This document shows, piece by piece, positions 29,819 through 44,261 of a DNA stretch of 64,000 nucleotides; the stretch's first letter is position 1, and every line of letters starts with the position of its first letter. The translations under genes were made by a program, and so were the position numbers. The notes under the pieces were generated by a model that saw only the letters and a program-made list of their open reading frames with translations, ran no database searches and was not told the DNA's origin. The DNA comes from Trichinella spiralis (taxonomy: Eukaryota): assembly GCF_000181795.1 (NCBI RefSeq), contig NW_003526940.1, forward strand, positions 823,570-887,569. The letters are read 5' to 3'.

Positions 29819-31779
29819 AGAACCAGCAAACCAGCAAGAAATATTTAACTGTTTGTTGGTCAGCCGGTGTTTCAAACTTTATTGTTATTTTTCATTATTC
29901 AAAATATACGTTTGTGTTGTCTTTGGTTCTATAATTTTTTTTCTCTTTTGCCAAGCAATGTACGCGCTTTTTGACGAAACGGGTTTCATCATTTTCGTTT
30001 CCACTTGTACCTCACGCTTGGAAAAAGCTTCTCTCTACTAAATACATTTGTTGAAAACGGTATTTTTTTAATTCATAATTTCCGCACGTACTCATATATT
30101 TTTATGAATATATATAATTTTTTTTGCACGCAAGTTACACTTTTTCATTATAACATAAATTTTCTTGAAGCTTGTATACATTTACTCTTTCATTTTTAAT
30201 CTGTTTTTTTGGGGTAAAAAACAATTTGTATATAGCTTTGAATAACTTTTTTTTGAAAATAATTGTAAAATTTTGTTAAGAACTTTTATCTTTTGGTATT
30301 TTTGTTTATCGTTTGTTCATTTTCCCTTTTTTGCATTTTTGGTACATTTTTTTAAAAACTTTTCCAAATTGTGAAATTCATCTTTATTGCAATTATAATC
30401 CCTTATTATGATTAATATTTTTTTCTTTTCATATTCCATGGAAATTGTTCTATTTACTCAAAATTGTGTATGGTTATATGCATATATATATATATGTAAC
30501 ATATGTATACTTATATAACAAATTATTTATTTTCTCGTGTACATTTTCCCTTGATTGCTGTGTCCGTTTATTATTGTGCGCGAAATGTGAGAAAAAAGTG
30601 ACAGTGACGATGTCAGTTAATTTTGAACTTTTTCATCTTTTTTAAAGTCAGTTTATTTACATTTCTTTTTGTGCACATGACAGTAATAATAATATGCGTA
30701 TTCTCTCTCTCTCTCATTGTTCAGTAATTTTCAGTCGCTGGCTGAATTGTGCGCATTGTCGTCTGTCTCTCCTGAATTGTTTTTCTTTTTTCTCCTTCGT
30801 TCACCAAGTATTGTCTCAAATTTCAATATCCGAAGGTTTAGTAATAAACTTTGCGATGACAAATTTATTCTTTTGCATTGGTATTTTTTTTGTTCATTTG
30901 GTTTGATTCTGAACATTAGTACTGTAGAGAAATTTATTCAACTTATAATCAACTTGAGGGCAATTCTTGGGAGGGCTGCAAAGGCAATAGATTCATATCG
31001 ATTAAAGGAAGTGATCTAGAAGAATCGAAGAGTACACAAATGCAGATATCTCCACCGATTATAGGGCAATGACACCAGTGACTATCGTATTTGTCGTTGG
31101 TATTGTGATCTGAGATGTCCGGTATTCCCACAACTGGGAAATACGGCCTCACTACCACTTTACCTGAGCTGCGACGACTTTCTCCTGTCACTCTGCATAT
31201 CACTCACTTTAAGGCAGTTTTTTTTGTATATTATTCGTTTTTCCAGCTTTTGTTTCACTTCTTTCATTTGGCTGGGGCATCTGCGTAACGGATCTTTTCA
31301 ACAACGAATATGATCCTGAGCATTTGTATTGTCTTTAGGGGCAGTTGTCGTCTAATGAAGCAGCTGCCACGGCAGCTGGCCACCTCTTAAACACATAATG
31401 GAATACCTGACTGCGTATCTTGACCGACCTCTATTGCATAATTTGTTTTTTTGGCCCATATTCACTGTTTTTATTGCTCAAATTCCCCGAACAGCAACAA
31501 TGCAATAATAATTGTTTGTTGCAATTTTATTCAATTTGCTTTTGTGCAGAATTGTTTGTTTGGTTTTCTGTAAAAGAAAAATTTGTTATACCGGATGTGG
31601 CAAATTTACATATGTTAACATTTCATTACCTTTTGGGCATATATTAACATTTTGTGGCTACGGTTTGGCAAATACCAAACAATCGATGAATATCTTCTTT
31701 CAGCGAGTGTTTAGTTTCGGTTGGAAGCGAGTGGAAAATTTTTTTTCATTTTTATTGTCCTGACGCAAAAATTGAAACT

Positions 31780-31875
31780 ATATTATTCACTTTTAAAAGC
31801 AAATTTCATTGCTCAATGCTATATGCCCATATTATTCACTTTTAAAAGCAAATTTCATCGCTCAATGCTATATGC
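31780..31875 (+). repeat. Tandem duplication, 2 x ~49 bp
   Basis: ATTATTCACTTTTAAAAGCAAATTTCATYGCTCAATGCTATATGC occurs twice. Confidence 0.9.
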
Positions 31876-32356
31876 TAAACACTCGCTGAAAGGCGTACAC
31901 TAATCAAATATTTGTGCATTTGTCAAACGTAGTATCAAACATTTTCCTAAAAAGTGGTCAAATGATTTAAGTTGTAGTAAAAACTGAAATGATCAAAATT
32001 AGAAAATGCATCATTTGCATACACCCAGCAGCAATGAAATAAAATTTAAATAATATTTATATTTGTTAATGAATAGATGTGTTAACCAGTGAAAACCAAG
32101 AAACATAATTGAAAGGGATTTTTAAGCAGGCATTTGGATTATTTATTTGGATTTGGATATATTTATAATGGTGTAGCAGTTTAAGTGAATGGACAAATGA
32201 AAATCCTACATTGAATTCAACGAAAATTTTGTAAAAAAAATTTTGACGAAATAAATGTTTTCTACACTCTAACTTAAAGATTAATAACTTTGGAAATTTG
32301 TGAAAGTGTTCACGTAAACAATGCATTAAAATCCGTGCTTATGTATCCATCTATTC

Positions 32357-33979
32357 CGTTATGACTAATGCTAACAGAGATAATATTTGTCAAAACTCTT
32401 TTTACAAATGTTGACATTTACCAAAGGGTTATGGAAAATGTATAGTTATATATATATATATATATATATATGTAACGTAAGCAGCGTTTTTTTGTATTGT
32501 ATTACTGTTCATACCTAGCAATGGATATGAAGCAAGAGTTTAATAAGAAATTGTGACTGAAAAGTCAGGAAACAACGTGATATACTCTCAGGCAACGTAC
32601 GATAAAATTGTGTACGATCTTCTTTGGATCCAGGCAAAAGGCACATCTTCTGCAGGGGATCATAATCTCAACAGACGATTCGGATTGTTCATTGTTGTAG
32701 AAGGGCATAAATTGATTCGAAAAAGAAAAAATGGCGCAATTCGACAAATTCAAAAACATTTGAAAAGATGTTTTCCATCGTTAGGGATACCCATTCGCGT
32801 ATTGGTCACGGTGGAGAAAGGAAAACGTTTTTGGAGGTAAAAAAGAAATGGGCCAACGTTACATTGGAGATATGTAAAATTTGCATAAGATGTTGTAAAG
32901 ACTGTCAGTTGAAACGAAAAAAGAAGATCCCCAAGGGTTTGGTAGTAAAGTCAATTGTTAGCAGTAGCATTATGTCAATGGGACAAGTGAATCCTATCAA
33001 CTACCAAACCATGCCCGATGGCAAGTTCAACTATTTAATCACTTATGTTGACGACCATTTTAGTAAATTTTGCTTCCTGCGCCCATTGACGTCTAAGAGC
33101 AGTGAAGAGGTGGCTCAAAATCTCTTTGACGTCTTTCTCCTGATTGGAGCCCTTGCCATACTGCAATCTGATAGCGGCCGTGAGTTCGGAAGCTCTCTCA
33201 TTGCTGAACTAAAATGCTTATGGCCAGGAACGAATTTTATTTAATGGTTGACCCCGTCATCCGCAAAGTCAGGGAGAGGTAGAACAACTAAATGGCGTAA
33301 TAAAGGAGAAGCTTGCAATCTGGATGAAAAACAGCGATTCAAACAGTTGGTCCGTAGGATTAAAATTTGTGCAGTGGCAAATTAACATCAGCGTTGATGC
33401 CACCAATCCAACGAAGTCCCTACTTATTAATGTTTAGTCGAGAACCACGTGTCGATAATGACCCAAATTTGATGCCAAAATTACTTTTAAACGGATTATG
33501 ATTTCAATTATGGAAGAAGATTTGCATTGTGGTGACGATGATTCCTGTGCAGAGGAAACAACTAGCAACGGCGTGGAGTCTGATCTCAGCAAAGCCGCAT
33601 CGAATAGCAGCCGCCAAAAAATAGAATTTTTTAAATCTGACCAAAACAAAAACGACAACGATCCAAACGATCAAAGATCAACAACGACTGAATTAGGTGA
33701 TTGAAAAAATATGAGTGATGGAACAAATAGCCGGTCGATAGAACCAGAAGCATCAGAATCTACAATGTTTCAGGACAATAGCAAAGTCCGTGAAATTTGA
33801 AAGCCAGCTCTGGAAAATATATTTTGTTGCTGATTACATCTGTTTAAGACCATTAAAACAGTACTCGCCGAAAGGCATACGTTATCGACATTTTCGAACC
33901 GTAGGCGTTAAGTGTTAACATTTACCAAAAGAGCTTGGCAAATGTTAGCATTTGTCCATTTTCCACATTTGTCATGACA
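32357..33979 (+). mobile_element. Degenerate Ginger-like (KRBA2/SCAND3-type integrase) DNA transposon
   Basis: HHCC region (HSRIGHGG...CKDC), rve motifs DHFSKF, LQSDSGREF and PRHPQSQG, with stops and frameshifts. Degenerate ~60-bp TIRs end in ...GTCATGACA. Confidence 0.75.
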
Positions 33980-34880
33980 TGTCTACTTATAAAGATATGC
34001 CAGTAGATAAGATGGACCATTTTACGTTTTTATAGATAATTTCAAAAATGTATTAACAGTTCTGGCAAAAACATTATTGCTAAAATATATAATCATTATT
34101 AACGGTAAACTGTAGTATTAACTGAAAATTATTGCCCAATTTAAAAGCAAACTAATGCTTTTATTCAAAATATTTTATTTTCATGTTTTTTGAAATACCA
34201 ATTTCAAAATTTTCTGAATATCTACTATTGTCATCACCAAAATGATTTATCAGTTTTTTTCCGCAAGTTGTTCAGTTATGCAAATAATGTTCAATTCATT
34301 CCTCTTTATTAAAAATAAGATTATACAATATATTAAGTCAATAATAAGTAACTTGGATAAAATTTGAGCAAAAACAAAGAGCCAAAAAGTAAAGAAATTT
34401 TAATTATTCACATTCACAAAAATGCTTATCTATTCATTAAACAAATAAATGAGTGTGAAAATAATTTGTAAGTTAATTTATAAAAAAACGCCCCTCTCCC
34501 CAAAAAAAACAATTTTTTATTTAATTATCAATTATAAAATGACGGACGGTGTTAATCATTATGGCTATTTCAGGTGTAAAAGATCAGACTTATAACAACA
34601 TATCTTTAGAAATTTGATCCAAAAGCACATAAAGCTATTATGAAATTCAACCGCATTTTGTCATTCAGTATTTGTTTTCTATTAAAATAGTAAACGAAAC
34701 ATGCACAATCATCAGTATGCTGTTTTATGCAATGTTTCTTGTGCAAATGCACTGGAGTCTCTTGGATCATTGTATGTCAAATGAAAATGAAAATTTATGG
34801 TAACAAATTTTTAATGCAATATTAAAAACAAAAACAAAAAATAACTTTATCGATTGGAGACAACAAATTCCAGATTAAAT

Positions 34881-35882
34881 TTAAGGACGATTGAAAAATT
34901 TGAAATCGATACGGTTAGTACAGTCCAAGAAAGAAATTGATGGCAAAGCGCAGTGCATAAGTTTCCAAGTATTGTCAGATTTGTTCTCTTCTAATGCCAC
35001 AACAGATCCAAATGGATAATGGACACCAACTTGTTTCAGATCATTTACATCCGGCACATTCGCTGTTTTCTTTGTCAAAAATCGACTGCCTGCATCAAGG
35101 GTAGGTGCATGAACAACAAATAATATATTGCACGGTGATTTGGTATGCCTGCTCAGAATACTACTAATCACATCGCCGGTACGTTTGTAATATTCTTCTA
35201 TAGTTTCATTTTTGTATTTCGTTTTCAAATCCTCACAACTGATCACTGGAAAATAATCAGGATCTACTTCATAACCTTGTACGGCCATTTCCAAAGTGCT
35301 CAGGAAGTTCAAATTCTCTTCTTTATACCATCCCATATATTCGAACAATCCTGGTTCGATACAAATTTTTGGCTTTGTTTTAGTAAATGCTTTCAACATC
35401 CCGTGCGCACTTTGCGCACATCGCAGTGCTGGACTACAGTAGACAGTGTCGAAGTTTATGCAGTTCAATTTTGCCCCTCGTCCAATCAACTGGGATACAA
35501 AATAACCAAGTTCAGTAATCGGTGGATCATCATAAAAATCATTAACTCCGTTCAATCGTGGAACCATCGATATTGGCATGTTCATGTCGTACGGTTTGTA
35601 ATTTCCAGATTCTGTATAAGACAACCGCGTCCAAGCAGGGAAAACACGATCCATTCGTTCACCATGACGAGCGAAAAAGACACGCCTACCTGCAGCAGAT
35701 GCCTGTTCACCCAACGCTGACTGGACAGCAATGCTAGCCTGCTTCATCAATTCTGCTTGTCTTTTTTGCTCTGCCTCATTTATGGGACCTGCCGCTTTGG
35801 ACGCACCCGGAGCTTTCTTAACCACGTCCATATCAAGGACGCTGAATTTAGCTTCATAAGCGGTTTCCAATTGGTCATCCAT
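34881..35882 (-). CDS. Histidine phosphatase (PGM superfamily), Sts/UBASH3/ecdysteroid-phosphate-phosphatase type, without UBA/SH3
   Basis: 333-aa ORF with RHGER, DPPITELG, YCSPALRCAQSA, IEPGLFE and NILFVVH. An in-frame stop lies just upstream of the ATG. Confidence 0.9.
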   Translation of the reverse strand: MDDQLETAYEAKFSVLDMDVVKKAPGASKAAGPINEAEQKRQAELMKQASIAVQSALGEQASAAGRRVFFARHGERMDRVFPAWTRLSYTESGNYKPYDMNMPISMVPRLNGVNDFYDDPPITELGYFVSQLIGRGAKLNCINFDTVYCSPALRCAQSAHGMLKAFTKTKPKICIEPGLFEYMGWYKEENLNFLSTLEMAVQGYEVDPDYFPVISCEDLKTKYKNETIEEYYKRTGDVISSILSRHTKSPCNILFVVHAPTLDAGSRFLTKKTANVPDVNDLKQVGVHYPFGSVVALEENKSDNTWKLMHCALPSISFLDCTNRIDFKFFNRP

Positions 35883-36868
35883 ATTTGTGCAGTTTTTTTC
35901 AGACTAGGACTCAAAGTGTACAGAAGAGAGAGCAACAGCTTCTGTCGTCGGCCAACCTCCTAAACTGATCAAGCTTTGGTCGAAACTTCCCCTATATTCA
36001 AAATATTTTAAAGTTTGAATTGTTTAAAATTAAACAAAAGTTTTGTTTGTTTTATACTTGTTTAAAGTTTAATTTAAGGAAAATATACTTTGCGTACGAT
36101 TGCTTTAATTTTTAATATTTTAATATTCTTTATGTTTAACTTTACTCCATGTATTGGCATGATGGATCAGCGGGTCAACTTCTTGATATGACTGCATGGC
36201 GCATAATATTCATATTCACAAAGCTTAAAAGCCAGTGCTCTTGATTCTGTCCATTAATTTTCTGAAAGTAACAAATCAACATTTGGGTTGGTGTTTCACT
36301 CGCCACCGCTCTAGTACAGGCAGTTGATGATAAAAAAAACACCTTAGCAACTTGTTTCAGCTGCCTAGGAGTAGCAAGTTCATGTGATACGGCAGCTGTT
36401 ACATTACATTAGAACCATACTGCGCAAGATGAAATAATTTTTTGACTGCGGATCATTCTTGAATCAAACAGTTAAAAAACTTAAATAACTGTAGTTATTT
36501 TCTGGAAATCATAACCTCAAAGCTTTCAGTAATGCATTTTCAGTTTCAATATTCAAGGTAAAATAGAATATCATTAAATAATTTATATTAAGATCAATGT
36601 TTTATTCAGAAGTAATAAGTTTTGAGAACAGCTAAAAAAAATTGCTCACGTTTAACTGTGAAGATCATCTTAAATCAAAATCAAATCAAAAATTCTGCCA
36701 AAGTTCTAAGTAAAAATAAATTAATTCTATGAATTCAAAGTCAGGAAAGTGCACTAGTAATTGACAATGGAATAATAACAGTCACGAACAGAAATGACGG
36801 CGCCTGAGTAAAATGATGAAATAATAATAACAGCATCTTTTGCAAACAGAAATCACCAAAACGTATGT

Positions 36869-39144
36869 TCAGGTAATGGACGGTATTAATGACAGTTTTG
36901 CTGCGAGATTCGAATCCATAATCTTAGTTGTTAGTTGGGTTCGTTGCACAATGAGTGCCACGATCATTCCATCATTAAGAAGCCCGGGGATGTTAATGAC
37001 ACCAGGGCAACGCCGCACAACGTTGGTCAACCGGCCTCCAACACGTAGAAGCCCTTCCATTTCCAAGAACGAGCAAAGCGAAGCAATCGGACTGCTCTTT
37101 GGTAACTCAATGGAACGAGCTTCAATTTTGTTAATCGGAAACGCTCCGGCTTGGACTTCTTTTACCCATCTTTTTTCTGCTTCTTGCAACTCCAAGATCG
37201 TGAGTTTCCTGCCATCTCTTCTCTCACTTCCACCAGATTAGAGTCTGGATCTCCTCAATCCGGTCGTCGCAAGTCGCGAGATCGTCTACATACATATTTG
37301 ACAAAACCTTGTCAGTCAGTGCTTTGACCTAACCGTGACCCGGGCATGGTGCCTGATCACTTTCATTGCCAAGAAGGAAAGCATGAGAGACCAAAACCAA
37401 TACCTGCCTCTTGCCACAAAAATCGGCACACATCTCGATCTTCTGGGCGAAAGCCAATTTGCAGATACATCTTTCCTATGTCTACCTGGATCCCAATTCA
37501 GGACCGACGAAAGCAAAGCAGTATCGCAATCAGATCAGGTTGCAATTTCGGTCCAGGGTCGAGGCAGAGGTTCAGAGATGTTCCATCCAGTTCAGCCGAG
37601 CCGAAGAAGGCAAAAAATATATGTCAGAGTTCATCTCATTGTCCTTCTTGTCTTTAATAAAGGCTTTCCACTCGGTCACTGTATCAGATGGGAGCTACCC
37701 CCTCAGAGTTGGCAGAATAACGTGAAAACCATTCAAGTCACAGTTGACTTCTTTCCTGAGGGCTTTCAGCTCAAGGAAATGCTCAGTTCGTCATGGAGTC
37801 TCGTCAACTCTCCAGCTCCTTCATTTGAACAGGCTTTCACATTCATCATCATCAGCACATGGCTCTCCACCACGTCCGGTAGTCAACAGAATCGGCTCTT
37901 CAGCGTTTGTACTACTTCCGAGTAGTTCTCAGCGCAAATCGCACACCTTCGATTGCCTTCAACGCTGGACCGGGCAAATAAGCTCTCAAGTCGACGAGCT
38001 TCGTGATGCCGTTCAGACCCTTCCGCCGGTGTATACTCGTTTCGTGATCCAAAACGAATTGAACTGCAGAATGCCATCACCAAACTTCAGCATGGGCAAA
38101 CTCAGGGGGGGGGGGTTTATTTTCTGTCTGCGTAGGTTTCACCGCTGGCTCCTTGCTCGTGTCCTTCTCTTTCAAGAAGGTATCAGCCCTAGTGTGTGTC
38201 CAAAACATCTCTTTGCCAAACTCGTGCCATTCCTAAAGTGCGGCCTCCAGAGCTTCTCCATCTGGGAGTGCGTCTTCTAATGCGACCTTATCTCGGTGCG
38301 CTTCTGCATACTGCGCATCAAATGCACTCAGGGAATTCGTGATGGCTAATTCAGACGAGTCTGTCTCAAGCTGATTCAGGAGTTGCATAATGGTATCCCG
38401 CAGACGCTTCTGTCCAATCTGTTGATGTCTTTCAGTTGTCTCTATCTTCATCTGGTGAAATAAGATACAAAGTTCTCCGATTCCGGCTTCCCGGCTCGTG
38501 GCACCAAAAAATATTGTAAATTCTATTACAATCTGATATTCAAGTCCCGCAATACACGATATGGCAAGCGATTTGAACTGAATGTTGCTCGTCTCGTTAA
38601 AGCAAGCTAATGCTCTTTGAACAATAGCAAAACGAAATACTGAGTATGGAATCTTATTTCAACGATTGAAGTCAATAGAGAATAGACAACAATGCAAACA
38701 AATCGACAGTTCAGATAATAATACACAACCTAACGTTCGTCGTAACTCTGCATAACGCTGCTCAACAATTACCACACGTCTCGCTCAATAATCATTTTCC
38801 TTTCTGTTTTCCTCGCATTTATAGTGCTCAGAAAATTCAACACCACGGTCTCTGTTGGTCAAAAATTCATTTCTATTATTCTCCTGTCAACTGTCATAAA
38901 TGTGACTGATTCGGCATCGCGGCACAAGCTCACATATCGCCGATGCGTGTTCCTAGTCAACTGTCAAGTCTGATGGATAGAAATGAAGCAAACAACGCTT
39001 GTTTACTTCATCAAAAACGATGTAAACACAACACATCCAATAGTTAAAAATATAAAGGAATTTCTAACAGTTGATACAAGCACGACGCGTTCAGGAGTCT
39101 AAAAATAGAACGGAATTTCCAAGAAATATATTGTTTACCTAACA
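36869..39144 (-). mobile_element. 3'-truncated, internally deleted BEL/Pao LTR retrotransposon (5' LTR ~39144-38515, PBS 38506-38489, gag/pol remnants)
   Basis: LTR end TTTACA followed by TTTTTGGTGCCACGAGCCGGGA. Gag-like ORF from 38451; Pao-type ELQEAEKRWVKEVQ...GLLRVGGRL. The outer LTR boundary is approximate. Confidence 0.8.
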
Positions 39145-39724
39145 CACTTAGATACTGTAGGATACTGTATCAAAATGTCATTTGGGCATTTCCAGCAAAA
39201 ATAAATGTTAATTAAATTTAAAAACACAAAATATGTATATTATATATTTTTTAATATAATGCTGTTAAACTTCAGAAATTATCAGAGGCTCTTTTTATAA
39301 TGAATAGGCAGCTCAAAGATGAATAAACAAAAGAGTTTATTTGCATCCAAAATTATTTTTAAAATGTTAGTAAAATTTTAAATGAAATATAAACCTCAAT
39401 TCAACAATGCAAAATCAATAAAACAAGCTAGCATCTAATAAAAGAACTTGATTGTCACAAAAAATGCTTTACAGGTCATAGGTTACGGTATATTATATTA
39501 TATTTCAGTATACTCCTGCTTTGGTAAGTGTTCTCAGTGTGATAAATAGAGTTGTCAATGCTAATGTTTTCATTTCAGTAATATATAAGCATATTTTTTT
39601 CTTTTTAGTTTAAAAGTTTTTTAAGTCATTAATTTTGGTTTTATTCGTCCCAGTGAAAGAATTGATTTTGATAGAATTTGCATGAAAAATTTTTAATTTT
39701 ATATTTTTTTAGGAATTTGCTTAA

Positions 39725-40712
<988 letters not shown>

Positions 40713-41364
40713 TGCTATTAATTAACCGTAGTTAGCGTATTAATATGTTTTCAGATATTGAATTGATTGTGGTTGTTTCTCAATAAATTTGTATTAGCGA
40801 TTGCTTTTTTTGTTGCAGTGCTTCTGAAATACTTTTTATAACGTCTAGTAAAATTGCATTGCATCATGTTGAAGATGTTTTATTTTACCCCTCACTTCGC
40901 AAAACGTAAGTTGATAGCATCTCTCTGAATATTTCTTTATCGTTTTTGTTTTTAACGTGCATTCCTGGTTTTTAAAAAGTTTCTATAAATGTTTTTCTTC
41001 TTTCATGTTTTTATTTTTAGTTTGTAAAGTTAGTCTTATTATTAAGGATAAAGGGATAAAGGAATTTGCCAAATGTTTTTTGTAATTTTAATCATAGTAT
41101 TCTACTTAATTTCTGCAAGAAAAAAATCACCTTGAATTTGCGTTTTTTACTGTACTGCAGAAATAGAGAATAAGTGACTAAAGACGAACCTGTTGCATTA
41201 CCATTGATAATTGTTGTTTATGTCATTTCTTGTTTGAAATTTTCAATTTGGGTGTATTTTTCTTATTGCTATTTGTTTCTAGCTGAATTAATTTGGCACC
41301 GAAGTAGTATGATATATATATATATATATATTTATTTATTTATGTATCAGTTCATTATCTAAAC

Positions 41365-41857
41365 CAGTGGTTCCAAAAGTGGGCAATATTGCCCCCTTGG
41401 AGGCGGTGGGAAGTAAAGGGGCACTTGGAGGGGGGGGGCGCGTGAACACAATATGTTTTTCTTGTGTTTATATTGATATTTGTTCAGTAGTTGTTTTGTG
41501 TTCATATTGACATTTGTTCAGTAGTTGTCTTAAGAATACTGATTAATTTTTGTATGTGTTTAATGTAATATGACTCTCTGCAATCTGTCTTCCTCATCTT
41601 CTTCGCTCATAGCACTGTTTACGACTTAAGACTGTTTTTCACCAACATTGAATTCAATGTAGACAGATGAGTCGCAACGCACCAAGCCTATCCATCACAT
41701 TAATTATTTCCTCACTATATGATTATTTTTGAAAGAACACTCGATTTCAATAAATAGTCTGTTCGAAAATTCTTTTTTTTGGCAATAATTTAGGTGGGCG
41801 TATGAAAAATATATGCCTATCAAGGGACGATAGCCTGAAAAGGTTTGGGAAACACTG
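41365..41857. mobile_element. hAT (Buster-type) MITE
   Basis: TIRs CAGTGGTTCCAAAA / TTTGGGAAACACTG and a perfect 8-bp TSD ATCTAAAC (41357-41364, 41858-41865). Confidence 0.92.
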
Positions 41858-42074
41858 ATCTAAACTGAAATGTATTTATGCTACTTTTTACATTGCCATA
41901 GAGATCATGCGCTGTGCGTTTTATTACCTTTTTGTGAGGTATACGGTAATATGTTAATTACTGTAATTAGTAACTTAATTTTCATTTATTTTCTGTTGTA
42001 GACTTGTATATTCCATTTTGGTGCAGAAAAATTACTTCATAGAATTTGATTTAATTTTTAATTGCATACCCAGA

Positions 42075-44261
42075 ATGGCAAATCGAACTGTTAAGGATGC
42101 TGCTTCATTAAAAGGAACAAATCCGCAGTATCTTATTGAAAAAGTAACTCGATCCCGCATTTATGATTCTCGTTACTGGAAGGAAGAGTGCTTTGCATTG
42201 TCTGGTAATACATTAACTCTTAGTATAAATTATGTGAATGTTGTGAAATTGTTTTTTTCTGAAAGTGGTGGTGACATGAAATTGTAACTTTGTGATAAAT
42301 AATATGTGTCTACCATGTAAGTAGAATACGAATTCCGTTTCTACTTTTGTTTGATGCTGTAGTGTTAATATTAAAGGTGAATTCTTTAGTGTGCATTATC
42401 GAAAACTTTTCAATGAAAATTTTTTGTTTATTTATTGTGTATCAATAATTTCTTTTCAAACTTTGAATTTTTTGCAACAATGAATGGCATAAATTGTATA
42501 TTTAATTTATAGCTGAACTGCTGGTTGACAGAGGAATGGAATTGCGATTTGTTGGTGGTGTTTATGGTGGAAACATAAAACCAACTCCATTTCTTTGTCT
42601 TTTACTGAAAATGCTCCAAATTCAACCAGAGAAGGACATAGTTATTGAATTTATTCGACAAGAAGATTCGAAGTAAGTACTTGTTTCATAGTTTAGATTA
42701 ATTATTAGGTTCATCAAATTATTTTATCTCATTTCCAGAATTAAATAATGTATAAAGGAATTTTTTTATGAGTAATATTGTTCTTTTGATATTTTATAGC
42801 TTGCAGTTCATAAACTTGATAAACACTATTTTCAGATACATTAGAGCACTTGGTGCGTTGTATTTACGAATGACTTTCTCATATGTTGAAGTATACAAAT
42901 ATTTGGAGCCTTTGCTAAATGACTACCGTAAGCTAAGGTGGATCAACAAACAAGGAAGTAAGCAATATTTTAAAACGATTTTCAATGAAGCGATATGTAA
43001 TGTTTGTTTTTACTGTTTATTAATAATTTAGAATTTGAATTGATTCACATGGACGAATTTGTGGACAAACTGCTTCGTGAGGAAAGATTTTGTGATGTTC
43101 AGCTTCCAAGACTTCAGGTGAAAACGTTAAACAGTGCATATTTTTAATTATTTAAAAGTTGCACCTGAAAGTACTGTACTTTTTACAACTTTTACTTTTA
43201 GCTGTTTTCCAATAGTTGCTTATAATTTAATCATGAATTTAGTGTTATGTTTATTTACTATTCTTTTGAGTGCCTTATTTTTATATTCATTTAAAGAACA
43301 ATTGAATTTTTTGTTATTGCATTTTCATAGGAAGTAGCAACTGTTGAAAGTAGTGAACGAAGAAAGTTTGATATCAGATCCAATAGGAAAATAATAGAGC
43401 ATTTAAGTTTCAATAATAAAGTTTAATCTAAATTTATTCTGTAACTTAATATATCTCGTAATGAATTGTTATGATGAGTTCTGTCTCGTTCGTCTGATCC
43501 GGCTTGGATTTGAATGCAGAAACGCTGTCTGAACCAAATTCCACCCACGTTTTAAAATTCGAATCTGTAAGTTTTCTGTATGTAGAATGTGAACTTTTTA
43601 GAAACGAGCTTTTTTGGAAGAAACGAATCAGCTTCCGCAACGTGTAAGCATAATAGAAGAAGAACTGGAGAGTTTCAGTTCGGAAAGCGAAGAAGAAATT
43701 CAAGAAAAAGTGAAGGTTGTTGTGTTTTTATTTCACTTTCAATTGCAAATTGTAATGTAAATTTCATTGGAAATTATGATGAAATTTCTTTTTTGAAGGC
43801 AAGAAGCAGTCGACATGAGAGAAGAAGAAGCCATGAACGACGTCGTTCACGATCTACCTCACGTCATAGGTAAGTTAAAATGATAATTACTTTTTTAAAG
43901 TTTGCTTTGCGTTATTTTAGGAATAATTTTTATATTTTAGAAAGCACCGTCGTAGTGAAAGTGCGGAAAGAAAGCCAAGGAAGGACCGGAGCAGGGAACG
44001 TCATCGTGACCGTAGACGGCGATCCTCGTCTAGAGGTTCAAATTTGAATAATTATTAGTTAATTAGTTGAGTATGAATAAAGGTTTTGTTTGTGCAGAGG
44101 ATCGCGGAAGCAACAGAGATTCTAAGAAGAAAAGCAACAAAGATACATCAAAATCGAAGAAAAGTTCGAAAGCTGTCACAAAAGAATCGTCTGCTGAAAG
44201 AGAAATTCGCGAAAGCAACGAATTGCGTGCCAAATTGGGTCTGGATCCTTTGAAACTGTAA
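42075..44261 (+). CDS. PRPF38A: Pre-mRNA splicing factor 38A; exons 42075-42204, 42513-42672, 42836-42957, 43032-43117, 43602-43715, 43799-43869, 43941-44035, 44098-44261
   Basis: MANRTVKDAASLKGTNPQYLIEK...YWKEECFAL, KPTPFLCLLLKMLQIQPEKDI, KYIRALGALYLR, HMDEFVDKLL, RS-rich tail and NELRAKLGLDPLK. Confidence 0.95.
43463..43541 (+). ncRNA. Intronic box C/D snoRNA candidate with 18S rRNA guide
   Basis: Box C ATGATGA 43471-43477, D' CTGA 43494-43497, D CTGA 43529-43532, terminal stem GAATT/AATTC. Guide GTCTCGTTCGT is complementary to conserved 18S ACGAACGAGAC. Box D is 69 nt from the 3' splice site. Confidence 0.8.

Noticed and set aside
29724..31903. Many short Phe/Leu/Ile-rich ORFs
   Set aside because: Expected by chance in T-rich 3' UTR/intergenic DNA; no motifs or splice structure.
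35145..35720. 191-aa plus-strand ORF
   Set aside because: Antisense shadow of the phosphatase gene.
37335..38280. Several overlapping 100-196 aa plus-strand ORFs
   Set aside because: Antisense to BEL gag/pol remnants, with no recognizable motifs.
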